Positions 1 through 14,933 of a DNA stretch of 64,000 bases are shown here, one piece after another. Every line of letters starts with the position of its first letter. Positions within the stretch are counted from its first letter, which is position 1. The position numbers were made by a program, and so were the translations under genes. The notes below the pieces were generated by a model that saw only the letters and a list, made by a program, of their open reading frames with translations, was not told where the DNA came from and did no database searches. Source of the stretch: Botryllus schlosseri (lineage: Eukaryota); contig CM119371.1 in NCBI GenBank assembly GCA_051294905.1, positions 28,522,001 to 28,586,000 on the forward strand, read 5' to 3'.

Positions 1-3000
1 GTCTATGACCATTTTAATGAAGTTTGACTCTCGTAATAATGCTTTCGATGTCACAATTAACGCAAGGTAAATTGTGTATTCGATAAAAACTGGCGTCCTT
101 ACTTAAATACTTATGATTGTATGCATAACGAGGAGGGATAGGTATCAAGACATAACGATTGCCTGAGTTATTTTTCTCGCTGACTTTAGTGACAAATTGT
201 GTAGTTACCGCCGCCATCAAAATTACGGGAGGGAGATCTCCCGAATATTCTGCTTCAGTCGAATATTCTACTGTGTTCCCATCGACCGATCTCGCATAGA
301 AATGGCTACGTTGCATAAGTGTATCTGTTTACACTTCCTATAATATGCCAGGTAGTAAAAATGACGCACAAAACGCTAAAATGAAATTCCACCACGACGC
401 GGTCACTATAACGCATGAATTTTATTGAGAATTTTCCTAATTTACTGCGTTTAGTACAAATTTGATTGTCATTTTCAATCCAGTCATATTCATTCATTGA
501 TTGTTTATTGCGACCATTGGTGTTCATAAATATATGGTTTTGCAGGTTTTCATCAAACGTCATATCGTCATCATTCAATCATAATATGAATATTTATTTG
601 TAGACTCTTATGTAGGTATAGAACTTCAATATACAATTGAATAATACACTCAATTGAATATTTATTTGTCTTGTATACGGGCAACATGGGTGTATTTATT
701 AACTTAACAATTGTTAGCAGCTGCTTTGGTATATTCCAAATATTTTCATTGACATCACTACATAGAAAACCTCGTCAATTTGATATTCGTTATTTCGTAT
801 TGAATTTGTTATTCCTGGTGTCGACGCGATAAGCAATATGGGTGGAGAGAATTCAGCGCGTTCGAATATCCATCACAACATTACACTCCTATGACGTGTT
901 GTACGTATAACATTCCAATGATTTAAATCCTCAAATCTCATGAAATAATATTTGCTCCTAACATTCAATAAATACCTTCGGTATGCACCCTGTCTATAAA
1001 CCGTGTTTGCTTATGCGTGCAAAGCAAAACTATAGCATGGTATCATACATACATGCATAACTTGTCACCTATTTACTTGAAAACTGTAAATCATGGCGGG
1101 TTCCACCTCTTGTAGTTGTAGCGGCATCCCCTGGCATGAAACAACGCTTGTACATAAATTAGATTGATAAAAATCTCGCAATAAATCGGTTTTCTCAGAC
1201 ATTCCCCGTGAAACATAATTACATATTTTATTTAGGCATGTTAGTATTATTACCTTTCAATGGTTTTAGAATGACTTCTACAAGACGTGCATCAAATTAT
1301 TCACCGTTGACCTATGCAATTTGATACTAGAGTATTGACAAGTAAGCACAACAAAAGCAACACATGCTTTCATCCGGGAAACTTTTAGGTTCAAATGTAT
1401 AGATTTATTTGTGTTGATCTGACAGTGTCATGTTCGACCTCGAGCTTATTTGGGAAGCTCATTGTCACGATAGCAATTTTCTTGTTTCTTGTCTCTCTTT
1501 CTTGTCTATTCTCTCAAAGTCCGTGAAAGTAACGCAAACATGACTTCGAATCCGTGATTCGTGTTCTGTGTTGAGAAGAGAAAATCCCACACCGCAATAG
1601 TTCAACGTACTCTATATGTATCGACAAAGAAGTATGCGGGATATCCAACCACGAGAACAACACGACTACAGCCTTTACGTGAAATTGGCTGAATAGATGC
1701 GTCAATTTATAAATAGACCGTTTGCATTGTTGGGGTTGCGATACGCTCCATAGCCTCGTTTGTAGCTCCTTCTCGATATATCTGCCAGAGTAATAATGTA
1801 ACTACATTGTCACGACTCTCGCAACACATTTTCGGTCAGTCATTGATGTCGACGGCTGAAAATAACGCTATACGTTCACCTTGGCTGCTCAGGATCATAC
1901 GTGTGGTACGTTTGCTCAAGTTATTTACAGCGTCAGGCGCCCCACAATTAGTAACCTCTGCTTATAGTACGATACGACTTCTAAATTTGGGTATTTATAG
2001 AATAATGTCACAGGGCATCGCCTGTTGATATCATTTTTTGACCCGTAGCGGCTTATCAGCCTTATATGACTCAACGACTAGAAAATGACGGCGCAGTGCG
2101 GAAGGTTGCGTGCATTGTGATGCAATAACCCACACAAAATGCTGTTGTTGAATTGATGACCCGGCGAATGGATATTATAATTAGATTCACGTGAATTTAT
2201 TATAATCCACAAAGTTGATGTCGATGTGGCACCAGCATGATAAATTCAATGTATGCTATTCATAAAATTGAAGAGCATAAGGCTACTAAAGGTCAAAATC
2301 CGAGTCGAATCATTATGTTACATCAGGTGTATATAGCTTTTAAAATTTTGATGTATGTAGACGTAGAGTTCTTTCACCCAAAGTAACCCACTGATATATC
2401 CAAGTCTAAAATGCATGTATGGCTAAACGTCGCGCAAATAATGTTGGTATTCCGCAACACCGGACGTAGGATAGAGCGGATCTGAAAGAGTGAGAGAGAG
2501 AGAGAGAGACGACAACTATATCTAAAAAAACTATCGATTCCGCTGAATGAGCTGCGTATCTACTACCTGTGTGCATTTGTGTGATCTAGAATGACAAAGA
2601 TTGTGTCCGGAGTTATAATGAAAGGAGATTCCTTCGTTTGGTTGCAGTAATTCTAATTAACTATATGCGCCATACGCAAGTATAGATTGCGTAATATATA
2701 TGCTTTGCGTACGGTACAGACGATAATTGGATGACACGGCAATAGATACACCAGCCTATATTTTCGCCACTTGAATCTGCAATATAATGCGTCATGCACC
2801 GTCGCGTGCGTCTTGAGAATTCTGACGGAAAGGATTATTTTTAGTAATGGTGCTATATCGATGGCCCCTTCATCTCATAAGCGACGTTTGAGCAAACAAG
2901 CGATTCGTCATACAGACGGTCCAGGCGACTGGACTCCCACACCAAATCTTATCTATTCTGGTTATAGTTCACAGGGGCAAAATAACATATGATCGTTAAA

Positions 3001-3332
3001 AATAATGTGGGAATATAAACCTTTTTACGGCACAATCAAAATACATATAAAGGCGGACATTGATGGGTAGTTGTCATCTCATTGAAATCTGTTGATTGAA
3101 GAGATATAGAGTACTCGCAGAAATGTACCACTTCAAAATGAGCGTCGGGAAAATGTGGTTGATTTTCTTAATGGATATGTACCGTTATAGAAATATTCTG
3201 TTTGTTACAACTTCGCCGGTGCATAGATCAGGAGAGCGAACCGGTGCGCGCCCAAGTAAATGGATCTACTATGGAGAATACCCTTGTTACGTCGTATCGA
3301 ACGAACAAGTATTGACGATACCACATGGGTGG

Positions 3333-5641
3333 CAGTGATGAGCGGAGTCTGCTTTTCGAGACTCCGAGTCCCTCCGGCAACTTTCGTCTCTGAGGCAAAG
3401 TCCCTCCGACTCCGGGGATCTCAATCCCAGACTCCGAGATAACCCGAAGAATCTTGTCCAGTCTTCGAAATATATCCAGACCATTGTCGAAGAATCCCAA
3501 TCGATGTTTTCGATAGCCTGTCTGATATTCATACCAGTTTTTTTAGTATCCGTGAATTGCCGAACAGTCGCAACATTACTTCTGAGAGTCAAGTTCTCTC
3601 CAACAAAATGGACAGTCAAGCTTATAGAACTGCGACCCTTTAGATCGGTCCACATATCCGAGGTGATGCCAGCCAGCTCATAACACTTGATAGCAACTCT
3701 TAGTTCCTCTGACAGCTTCTGCTTCAAATATGAAGCCTCCTCATCCAACTTACGTTTCACCGTAAATCTGGATGGCAAAACATCTTCTGCACAACACCAC
3801 GGAAAACCGGCACTTCTTCCGGTATTCTCCACCTGGCGATCAGTGTTCCCCATGATCACCTTCTCGTCCTTCTCCTTTGATTACTCGCTTACTTGCATTT
3901 CAACTGCGATCAATTATTCTTACAAGCTGCGATATGTCTTCGATGATGCGACGTACCACGTGTCAACTTGTGATGCTTTAGCTGAACATTGCAATTTTGA
4001 CATCTCGCAAACCCAGTATACTGGCCGTTATTATCATGCAGCATCAGAGTGAAATCCTTCCACACGTCACTCTTTCTCTGCGTCTTTGTGAGTAACCCAC
4101 TTGAAGTCGACGGTGCTTCAGCCATTATATTAAAACAACGAAGGAAGACCAGTCAGTTCGAACAACTACCACTAACACCACTGAAATATACGATCACATC
4201 ACAGGTTTCACAGGTTTCGCCACAAACCAGTTGATGGAACTGACTGCACTAAACACACATGATGCATCACTGACGCACCGATCGACGCTCCTTGGAGTTG
4301 ACTAAATGACTAGTGACTTCCAATTTTGAAGCTGATACATGATAACTGAAATTTGGAGTCTGAGACAGACCAGCAGCAGAAACTTGATTGCGGTGCTGAT
4401 TTTTCTTATCACATCAAAGTCATTTTTCAATCAAACCAAACATTACATGACGAAAATTCAGAAGAGTTCTGGATGACTGACTACGTCAATCAATATTGAA
4501 GAAAGCGTAGTTGAGTTGATGCGAGCAGAGCAAAGCAGACGGGTGTAGGTATTTAGTGTGGCTGTTCAGAATTTCGGAATATTCTGTTTTTACAGGGTAA
4601 GATCAGCTTACCTTAGTGATTTATGTATTGTTGAAATCTTAGATGCTGGTATGCCTCTGTGAGCGGATCTTACTAGCGAAAATTCGTCGCAATGTCATTA
4701 AATCATGTAACACACTGCATAAGTTATTATTGTTTCCATCCAGATACTTATTGCTTGTTGTATGTATATTTCTCACAGATATAAAGGTAATATTGATGCA
4801 ACACTTATTATCGATATCTCTTACTGCAAATTGCAAGTATACGATGAAAGTTGCGAAAAGTTATCACAAAAGTGGTATCAGATATTATCTTGTTTCAACT
4901 GATACCAACGTTGGGAATACATTTTCACAAAATGGACCTATTACTATGTTGAATGTCATCAGGATAATGGGATATATTCCGTTATGATCATGAACTTGCT
5001 GGAAGAATCAGTGTAGCTAAAGGCTGTACCATAGGGAAGCCCCGCTGTATGTTGCTGATTGTAAATGTTTCGCACAATTACTGGGGTAGCATGAAAATTA
5101 GTCACGAAACAAATACGCAAGGAGGAATGTGATGTGACTATACGCAAGGAGAAATGTGATGTGACTATAGAAGACTGCAATGACAGCAACGTGGAAGATT
5201 CTGGAGATCTTATCTCATAATATGGTGACATTCAGCAGTGGATTCAAAGACTGCATCACAAGGCAGGGAGCAAATGATGCACTGCGAATGATATTGGGTG
5301 CCGTCAAGTTTGTGAACTACAGACACTGCTCAACGGAAATGCCTTGCTAGATCACTAGGTTACTCCCCAGTCCCCAATTGCAGTGAAGATGGCTGATTTT
5401 TGTGCACTTGGCAATCATATTACCGGTCATATTACAACTTTACAAGGTGTCAACTGTCTGTGTTTGTAATCAATAGTGTCTTCTGGTCAAAGCTATCGAA
5501 AGATATCGGGCAAAACTTAACAATACTCCGGAAAACTCCGGAAAAATATCTGTTGTAAACTCCGACTCCACTCCGGGTATCACAAAATTGGCAAAACTCC
5601 GCTCCTAATCCACTCCGACTCCGCTCCGGTGCTCATCACTG
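3333..5641 (-). mobile_element. hAT DNA transposon (Hermes/hobo-like), internally deleted
   Basis: TIRs CAGTGATGAGC...GCTCATCACTG; perfect 8-bp TSD ATGGGTGG at 3325-3332 and 5642-5649; subterminal GACTCC/GGAGTC repeats; transposase remnants inside. Confidence 0.93.
3500..4125 (-). pseudogene. hAT transposase N-terminal remnant (BED zinc finger plus first catalytic Asp region)
   Basis: ORF 3910..4125 has a BED finger (SDVWKDF...ARCQNC...GTSHHRRH). ORF 3287..3859 has LPSRFTVKR...GITSDMWTD...SISLTVHFV, typical of hAT transposases. It is broken by a stop and lacks the C-terminal half. Confidence 0.9.
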
Positions 5642-8223
5642 ATGGGTGGGGCAAACGCAGACGTGCATTTCGCTGGACTTGCCACTCGTACTTCCAAGCA
5701 GACGAGCCTGGCGTGCATAGGTACGCATTTTCATTGAAACACGGGGGACAGCGCGAATTCCTAACGGTTGACAGGGAATCAACGAAAGGATATAATATGA
5801 CAAGTGGTTGGAAAGAGGCATCGTTGTATAATAAGGAACACCATGCAAAAGAAATACTCTTTCGGCACACTTTCGACAAGAAGTTGAACGGAGGGGTGCT
5901 AAAAACAGACGGTGAATGCACCCTGATTAGTCGGGGAGGACATCCAGCAGAAGTGGGTGTAATCTGCAGCAGTTCATGTCAGCAATGTACAAGAACTTAT
6001 GTCACTAGGGGGTTTTAAATCACTTTGTTTAAAACATGTTTAAAATAATTTGTCCATTGAAAATAAATTCCCATTATTGTGTAAATACATTCAAAAAACA
6101 TGTAGTATGTGGCTACGGACGATTTTCACCCGATGTAGTCGACGTATTCGATATGGAATGGTGGTTGGATCCCTCGATGTTGTCGACGATTCGCCAGCTA
6201 TATCACGTATAGATAATAGATTTATATCACTGGTACGTAATGGCTGTTTGTTGATGATTACCATCGAGAGTAAAAATGCTACATTACGATGTAGTCCTGG
6301 CTAATTTCTGATTCGTATACGTATTCCGTAGGGGTCGGAGCCTTTGTCGTCCAAGCAGCCATATTTACCCTATATTTTCAGTTGTCAATGTCAATCCACT
6401 GTGACGTCACGTTTTTAACATGAATGTTTAAATTAATTTTCGTTTTCAATGTAACCCTATCCGTCACGCGACGCTGACTGAATGCTATTGGGCACAATCA
6501 TAGGCTATCAGTACGTATAGACGTGGTACTTTTGAGATTGTGTGCCTGAAGATACTTTCACTGAATATTTACCTTTAATATGTATTTTGATAGTGATATA
6601 TGCAATTTATTACTGTGAGATAGTACTGCCCGGAGAGATTCGACGCAGTATGTTTGACTGCTAGTATCAGTCTGATACGACTTTTTGGAAACGATTCTGT
6701 TGACGATGCTGTTTTATGTAAACGTAATTTCCCTAAGTTAATGATTGCATTTTTATTCATACCAATACCTGTGGTCGTTTGACTTTATTTAATTTAATTT
6801 GCACGCGTAAAATATAAGTATAAATTATTCAATATATATGATATAGATATGTTTTACGTGAGCTGTAACTAATTTGTCCTGTTGATTCTGATGCACTGCT
6901 GATATACGTTTCATATATATAGTACAAATTATATGGGATAGGGAACGTGACCAAATCGAATTTCTAGGACACTCCATAAGACTGAACAGAAATCTGCAGC
7001 CGTTGAGAAGCTGCAGCTATGACAAAGCCGCGACAGTCGTACAATTGTGCTTCTGAACGCGAAGGCGACTGGTGGTATAGCTCTAGTGTAACCGATGCGG
7101 TCTGAGCGGAAGATTCAACAAAACAGCGGCTGACAACGCGAAATCTGAAGTCTCAGCACTTTTATCACAAATATAGGAGAGATGTGATGATCGCTGACCT
7201 ACCGCGCGCATATACATTATTATCCGTCTTTTCAGAAAATGTTTATGGACGCTCAAAATTTGCTGCTCGAACATATCATCGGTCCCTACCCGGTGGGCCC
7301 AGAGGCCCACGACCCAGGGACCTATGATAAATACTGTCAGATTGCCCGAAAATCGACATCGTGACTTCAAAATACCTCGTTACAAAGATAAAACAGCATA
7401 TGCAATTATTACATAAAGAGTTTCTGTACGTAGGAATGTTTCAGTTGTCGCATGATTAGTATGCTTGATTATTTTGCTTAATTAGGTTATTGTATCATAG
7501 GTCCCTAACCTACGAATATTATAGATAAATAGGAAAAAATTCCACTCAAAGGAAGGTATTGCATAAAACAATAGGTACCATTATATTAGGGTTACCATAT
7601 TTTGAAAAATCTAAAAAGTGGACACTTTTCCGCCCAGCTTCCGAAATAGCCGTCGGGGCGTCCCTTCTGTGCTGATTCATGGCATATCACTACATTATAT
7701 AGCCTAAGTCCTACAGCTACGCTTAACATTAAAAATAATTGCTGGTTTGTTCGTGTTGAAGGTTACAAAGAAAAATTTAGATGTCGCTCGAAATTTAGTT
7801 TACACCCCCCTGTCAAATGCCCCATAGCTCGCGCACGTCGAAAGTTTTTGTACGTGAGGAACGATTTTGCCAGCATGCAATTGTAGACAAGTTCACGGAG
7901 TGTAATCATGGAATTATCATGGAGAATTTCTAAAGTTTTTTTGGTCCCAGTGATCCATCGGTACCACATCTCCCCTAATCTATTCACGTAATGCTCGTTT
8001 GCATGCGCAAAGGCTGATAGTACCAGCTGGATCGGACATGCTTCCTCGTGATGACGGAGTATGGACATCAGCACGTAGATCGGCTCCACTGTTGCACGCT
8101 ATAAAACACCAAGAAATATGTCATCGAGAATGAGTTCAATCAAATAACAACCATTTAATTTTTTTGTGTGGACTGTGGGCCATCAGCTGATTCGATACTT
8201 GTTACTGGCATAAATCTGTCAAC

Positions 8224-8669
8224 CAGGGTTGTAAGTAACCAAGTCACAATTCCACCCAACTTTAATAATTTTGATTCGAGTCATTTTCAACTTAACACCG
8301 ACGTACGCATGAGTACAAGTCGGCGAGTCCGAGTCATGGTGTTGTGACTCGAGTCCGAGCCATCATATATTGTTCACTGTTCAAAACACGAATCGACTTC
8401 AATTCAAGTTCCAATCGCATTTTTGAAACTCTTGGATGATATCAAAGGCCTCGCATTCATTATATACTCGTTTTTCTCACTCTTAACATGTTCATTCAGA
8501 AAGATAAGACAGTTTCCGGACTTATTTTGCAATTATCGGTCCTGATAAATAAGATCTGACTAAGTCATATAGAATATGTCGAGTCATTGCGCAGTACGAG
8601 TATAAGTCGAGTCAATACACAGGTCGAGTCAATGAAAATTGCGACTCGGGTCGGGTCATTACAACTCTG
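8224..8669. mobile_element. hAT-type MITE with GACTCGAGTC-like internal repeats
   Basis: Ends CAGGGTTGTAA...TTACAACTCTG; degenerate 8-bp TSD (CTGTCAAC/CTTTCAAG); same family as 59286 and 62274. Confidence 0.75.
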
Positions 8670-9957
8670 CTTTCAAGTTTTCTAAATACTTCTAAAAACA
8701 CCTCAAGTACCATATTCTAACTTGGCTCAAGTTTGGGAAACTCTGCAAATAATCTGCCTCGATTTTAGATACTTACGATTCCACAATTTGTCGTGACGTG
8801 ACAACGAAATATGTATATCTAGCGGATAAAGGATAGTTCGCAAAAAATGCAATAAAAGAATTCAGGAACTTGAAAACAGCTGCAAAAGTCAACCGTAACG
8901 TGGCATCTTAGTGGAAGCACAACGTACAATGAAACGTGAATAAAATCACGAGCTCTTTAAATATTCAGTGCTGACAACATGGCTTTGGGAACGAAGTTCG
9001 TGATACTTTTCAATTTCGACGCGACTTTTGAATAAAATTCATCGGATTTGAGCTTGCATTTAGACGCGAGACAAAGTCTATGCTGGATTTAAATTTGGAA
9101 TTGAAAATATTACATCAGCTCATCTCTGATGCAGATCGCAGCGTTGACAGAATAGAAAAAAATAAAACGTCTTATATAAACTCTTATAGGATTTAGATTG
9201 CATACGACAAATATAACAGCAAATTCAGTCAGTGAAAAGCAGTCTGGCCTTTGAAGCGGACTGGCACAGATAGTTTGAGATGACGCAGTGGTACGTTCCC
9301 GCGTCTCGTCTCTCGGCATTCCATATCAAAAGTTTTCCGTTCTTCTCGACACGCAGTTTAGGAACGGTGCGGCTACTGCAGGAGAAAATGACCTGAAAAA
9401 TGAGGTGGATGATGGACTATCGAATATGACACTCAATCAATAGCTCGTCTTGAAGTTATTCAGGAATAGCAGTTTTGTTTATCACAGGTAAAACAAGTTT
9501 TTTTTCCAAAACACCAACAAAACATCTATAAATTAGCCTCTATAATACTGCCCATTGTCGCATAATTGCAATGTCGAATTTACTGAATAAGGTTCTGTAA
9601 ATGTCAACGTGTATTGTACAGCTTACACATATGACTTGTCCAAAATGAGTTGCTACACTTTTTGGTACAACACCCGCACCATTCTTACCCAAGTTCAAAG
9701 TAGACCACGAGCTCTCTATTACGGCGTCATGCAGGAAAGACGTTCCAAACTTCGATATCAATCTAGAACAGGGGTTCTCAAAGGGAGTTTTTACAGAACA
9801 AAATACATGGTATGGGGTGTCGCGGCACATCGGTTGAGAGCCACTGCGTCAGTGTGACAACTCATGCTGGCATGTAGCTTGTAGTCTGCAAACAACATTT
9901 AAGTTTCGACCACAAACAAAGCAGTGACGAAGATAAAGAGATAGTCGATACCGTAGG

Positions 9958-10158
9958 TAGGGTTACCATATTTTGCAAAAAAGGTCAACTTTTCGGCTCA
10001 GCTCCCGAAATAGCCCCCGGAGCGTTACTTCAGTGCCGATTTACTGAATCGCAGTCGAATTTTGCCCTATATTCAACCAAAATTCTCAAAAAATAGGACG
10101 AAAATCTCAAAAAATAGGACAAATCCTCTAAAAGAAGAGCTATATAGTGGTAACCCTA
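9958..10158. mobile_element. Small MITE with TAGGGTTACCA termini (partial related copy at ~7587-7680)
   Basis: TAGGGTTACCA...TGGTAACCCTA inverted ends; no clear TSD. Confidence 0.55.
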
Positions 10159-13100
10159 TTTACCTTCAAAAATACCATTACGCGTCATCATTCGCATCCG
10201 AATGTCGATTTTCAGTTTATGAGGTGGCTCCATTTCTTTGACAAGATTTTAATTTGTATTTCCGGGATAAGCGTGACAGTATCTCTCGATTAAGAGCCGT
10301 TTTATTAAATTTCAGCCCCCGGGTTACATGCTATAACACCGTCAATTATGCTGCTTTTGGATTGTCCAGCAGTAAGTTTTAATAATATATTCATATATAT
10401 CATACAATGCAATGTAGCTAGATGCAAGTTTTTGAAATCCTCCATTTGCTGACGATTGCCCTTGAAAAGTGTCAGCTCGAAAAGCTTCGGGTTTTAATAT
10501 ATTTTCACTATGAATATATTATTAAAATGTATATTAAAGTTCTGTACCCAAAAGAGTCTCTCCAGCATTAAGTGTTTGCCCGAGCGTAACGACGGAAGTT
10601 GCGTACCTATCCGTAGGTTTAGGTTAGCAATCTTTAATCTAGCCCAGACCTGGGCAAAGTGCGGCCCACGGGCCAAATGCGGCCCGCGAACCGATTCTGA
10701 GTGGCCCGCGTGCCTGTTGCTTGGAATTCAAAACATAAAATCTATATTTGAATATTACTGAGTGGATTAAACCATAGGGTGTATAAAGTAAACCGGGGTG
10801 CGAAAATTGCTTCACTTTGAAGTCTGTTCATTAGTATGCCGCGATTACGCAGCCTACGTCCCTCGCAGGCGTAATCCAGATTCAAAATAGAGCTAATGTA
10901 GCAAAGTATGCCGTAACATTTAAAGTCACTCTCTCCATATAGTTTAGTTCAAACCTTCTTTGTTGCCATTGTCGCATAACGCGGTCTGAGATTCACAAGG
11001 TTTCGTGATAGGCTACGTTTCAAAATACCTATTTCGTGAAACAAGTCAATCAGTGCTCGTTTATACTATGGGACATCAACATCCATGAAGGATGAACGGG
11101 CATGTCAAAAAAAGGATGCAGAACGCTAAAATTCAAAGACGCTATGGAGCACTAAACACATGTATATATTTTATAGATTTCACCAAGCCACAAATATTCG
11201 GAAGGCAGCGATCAATGCAATAAGCATCGTAGTATACAAAATTCCTTTTCATTTCTTAATATAAAAAGTTGGAATTAAGAGAATTAAAAATGTACCATGT
11301 TTAACATTGCTTTGAATTATGACGGAAAAAAAGTTTATTTGTTTCTGCTAATTAACGGTCATTTTCTCATTATCTAATATCAACGCATCCACTGAGCAGC
11401 ATTTATTACCAATGTATAGTTCACTGCTTTCAATTTAGAAATAAACTTAATACGCTGGATAATATAGATCAGAGGTTCCCAACGTGGGCGATTAGCCCCC
11501 CAGGGGGCGAAAATAACGAAGGGGCGATAGAGGGGGGACAACGTTGGATTTTCAGTCAAATATGATTAATTATGCTTGGTTTATTGCTCGGTTCAGTTTA
11601 TATGATATCGATGTTGATAGAAAAATGGCTCAATACATGACCCATTCCAGCCTGCCATACGTGAAAAGGATTTCAAGTCAGTAAATTTGCATCATATCAT
11701 ACCTATTAGTTTAAAAACTCTCTAATCCTCATACCATCGGGTTGGCGTACGTCCAAGTCTATATGATAGTTGCGCTCCCGTAGGCTGCACAGTGCACAGT
11801 TACAGTTGACACTCCTAGACTAAAGCATCCAAACGGTTTTAAGATATTCGGTTGACGTTCTTTCATAACTACTGATACGGTCGACTCATTTCTATATGTT
11901 ATGCAAAAAAAAATCTATTACATATATATTTATTTATTGGAGGTTCCCACATCATAATCAAAGCATCAGGTTCTAATAAATCGCGCTAAGCGCGGAAAAA
12001 AGTTCAGGATAAGTAACAATCTGCCCCCAAAGACTCTGTTTTATGTTGATTTACGAAATCATTCGGAATCGCCTATAGGAGCTTTGTACATTTTGAAAAC
12101 TTCTGTTTCACTTTTTGCAAAACACGGCTTCAATGTCGCTTGCGTGAAATCATTTGGTGTGCCCAATGATATATATACAATGATTGGAAACTACCGTGAG
12201 CTCTGCGTTTCAGCGTGTTCCTGGTCACGCTTCATCGCATACACAGTTGTGCTGTAAACAAAGGCTTCCTCAGTAATACTTCTTCGAGGAACTAGCGATG
12301 ATTTATAATTCATTGGGTGTATTTATCAGTGGCAATTAGCGTTAACGTGTTGAATTATAGCTTAAAAAGCGCATTTTTTTTCTCGCGTCTGGGATTTTGT
12401 TTCTGATTATGCTAGCGGACCGCTGCCATATAAACGTTGATTCACGTACATGTACTTCGTACAGTCGTACCCCTAGTTCACAAGATAAATTTCGCAAATC
12501 CTATTCACACATTGACGACTCGCGATTATACGCAATCCCCGTGATGTAGCCTTGTGACGACCAACGAGGCTTATGTTCACACAGTCGCGGACGTTCAACC
12601 ATTGTTCCCTGTTTGGAATCGGTGTCCTGAGCTCACACTATATTTTATTTTTCAATTATTTTTTATTATATTACTTTAACTTGGAAAATCATCGCTGCTC
12701 CCCTGATATATCAGGCAAAAAGGCCAGCGATTTCAATCAGGCATTGCTGCTAGTGACACAACCTTCATTCCAACTTCAGGTGTCGCTTTTCCATCATGTT
12801 GCAACATCAATAACATTATATATAATTAAATATCAAGCAGACGTAGTTTTTAGAGAAGTAATTCTAGTTATTTTGAGTACTCGAGTAGGTTTGCCTACTT
12901 CCTTGCGTGATTGTGTTTTCATACTACTCACCAAACAAAAACATCACAACTTGGTTTTTGCCAAGGATATCTATAGATATCCCTGAGTTTTGAAAATAGC
13001 ACCCACATATTCAATGGCCATTTCGCAGTAGTCACTAAGCGTCACCCTGCAATTTCAAAAGTGACTATTTCCAACTGACTCCGAGCGAACAACCAAATCT

Positions 13101-13835
13101 ACTTTTAGAACTTTTTAAAAGTAGGCTACTCTACAGATTTATATTTTCGCTACTTCTATTTAACCTGAGTAAATCATTGTAGCAATACTTCCACTACTTC
13201 AGTAGCAACGCTGCATACATCACCCACTTCTGAAAAAAGTCACCTATCCATGATCATTCCACAAAATCTCGATGCCTTACAATACAGAATTGAATTTTCA
13301 GGATTCCATCATGTTATGTAAAGAAATGAGGAAGACACATACATTCACAGATGGAACATTTACGAATACATAATTTAATCCTCAAATCCCTAATGCATGT
13401 GTATATGACCGAAATAATGATGCATGCATTTTAAAAAAGTAACATTAATATGCAACTGTACAGAACTAGATCGATGCAAAAATAACCATGTGAACAACAA
13501 AAACAGTTTATGCGTGATTTTTTAAGCAATAACAGTGCTAGATATCAATTTTTGTCATCTTCAACTTGGGATAAGTATTTGGATGATGTCCCTAATAACG
13601 CAGCAGTACACTCGCTTTCGTTGGCTCAAAAATGGCCAATTACGACTCGAATGATGCCGTATCTACTCTTGATGAAATCTGCCTTGTTTAAATGTTTGTC
13701 CATCTTTGCTTGCTCTTCCCGAATCATTGGTAGGATGGGGAATATCCCTTTTCCGTAATTTTATATGATATCAAGGTGTCACCAAATTCATTAATATCTG
13801 TAGTGCAGAATAAGGATTCGGCTATTTGACCGTAC

Positions 13836-14713
13836 CTGTCCAGGGTTATTAAATGCATTAATGGTTATCGAGACACAAGAATTTTTTGGTTTTCTCAGTT
13901 GCTGTTCCTTCAGCACAAGAATCTATCCATTTTCGCATTTTAGGCAAGAAATCATTTTCCAGCCAGTCCAAGCGTGAATCTTCTGGAGTGCAATATGGCT
14001 TCAAATCGGCGTTGTAGCTGATCTTGGTTGATGTATTCATGTCGAACCACTTGTAAATACCGGCAAACCATGCAGCAGCTTCTTTAGCCTCTCCTCGCTC
14101 GCATAATACGGGCAGCACTATTAGTCAGAAGCTGAGCAGCAAAAATCTCCCGCATCTTTGCCAAGCCTTGTATACGAAAATGTGCATCCGACAATTTGCA
14201 GCATCTCAATTCCGTCGGTTCAAACAGCCGTAAAATGCTGCTATCAAATAAATTTACCATCCTTGTTGAGAAGTTTCGTACCACCAGTGCGGCTGGCGTA
14301 GAGGTTGTTGCACACGGTTTTTACCAAATGGGGAGGGTCGAAAATCAAAAATATCTTATGCTGGGGGTTGAATATATTTTTGCATTTGTAAGGATACTCT
14401 AAGTTCAAGTTATTCAGCTCTTGGAACATCTTGCAATTTACACTGAGTCCATCAGCAACAAACTTAGCTACCCGATATCCACAATCCTCCAAGATGCCGA
14501 CACATTTCCAGAATATACTCGAAAGTTGAAATGATGCCACTGACTCTGTTGCGTAGTATGCCAAGGGTTTGGAAACAGACGTTACCAGCCCACTGGCATA
14601 AACTTGAGGAACGTGTGTAGCTGGCTCATCATCATCTACAGGTCTCGGCTCCCCAAGATCAACGAATCCAACCATTCAGTCTTTCGTTGTACTGAATACG
14701 ATATTCTCTTTCA
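13836..14713 (-). pseudogene. P-element/THAP9-like transposase core remnant
   Basis: VKENIVFST..*MVGFVDLG, VADGLSVN, FLIFDPPHLVKTVCNNL, ELRCCKLSDAHF..GLAKMRE.FAAQLL, KWFDMN are all P-transposase motifs. It carries stops and frameshifts, with a TTTTCAG acceptor just upstream of 14713. Confidence 0.88.
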
Positions 14714-14933
14714 CTGAAAATGAAAAAAATCAGAAGTAGTTGGACACATGAAACATCACAGTGAACAGCATTGCTGAAATATTCGCGATGAAGTTTTCGA
14801 CACAGCTATGAAGTCATGAGAACACAATCTAGTCAATTTACAGGCAAATTTAAGGTTGGAATTGCTCCAATTTTCAAATTCAACGATCTGTGTCCTGTTT
14901 GCAAGAGCAAATGCATTAAAACGATGCATGCAC

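Larger units (their letters stand above)
3096..6018 (+). pseudogene. Unknown ~200-codon ORF interrupted by the hAT insertion (join 3096..3332, 5650..6018)
   Basis: Removing the element and one TSD joins ...VLTIPHGW to GKRRRAFRW... in frame with no stops. A TATATAAA-like box lies near 3045. Confidence 0.45.

Noticed and set aside
2488..2510. (GA)n microsatellite
   Set aside because: Ordinary short simple repeat.
10644..11530. Charlie-like ends at ~10644, ~11470 and ~25479 as one element enclosing the P-element
   Set aside because: I could not find matching TSDs to pair any two of these ends.
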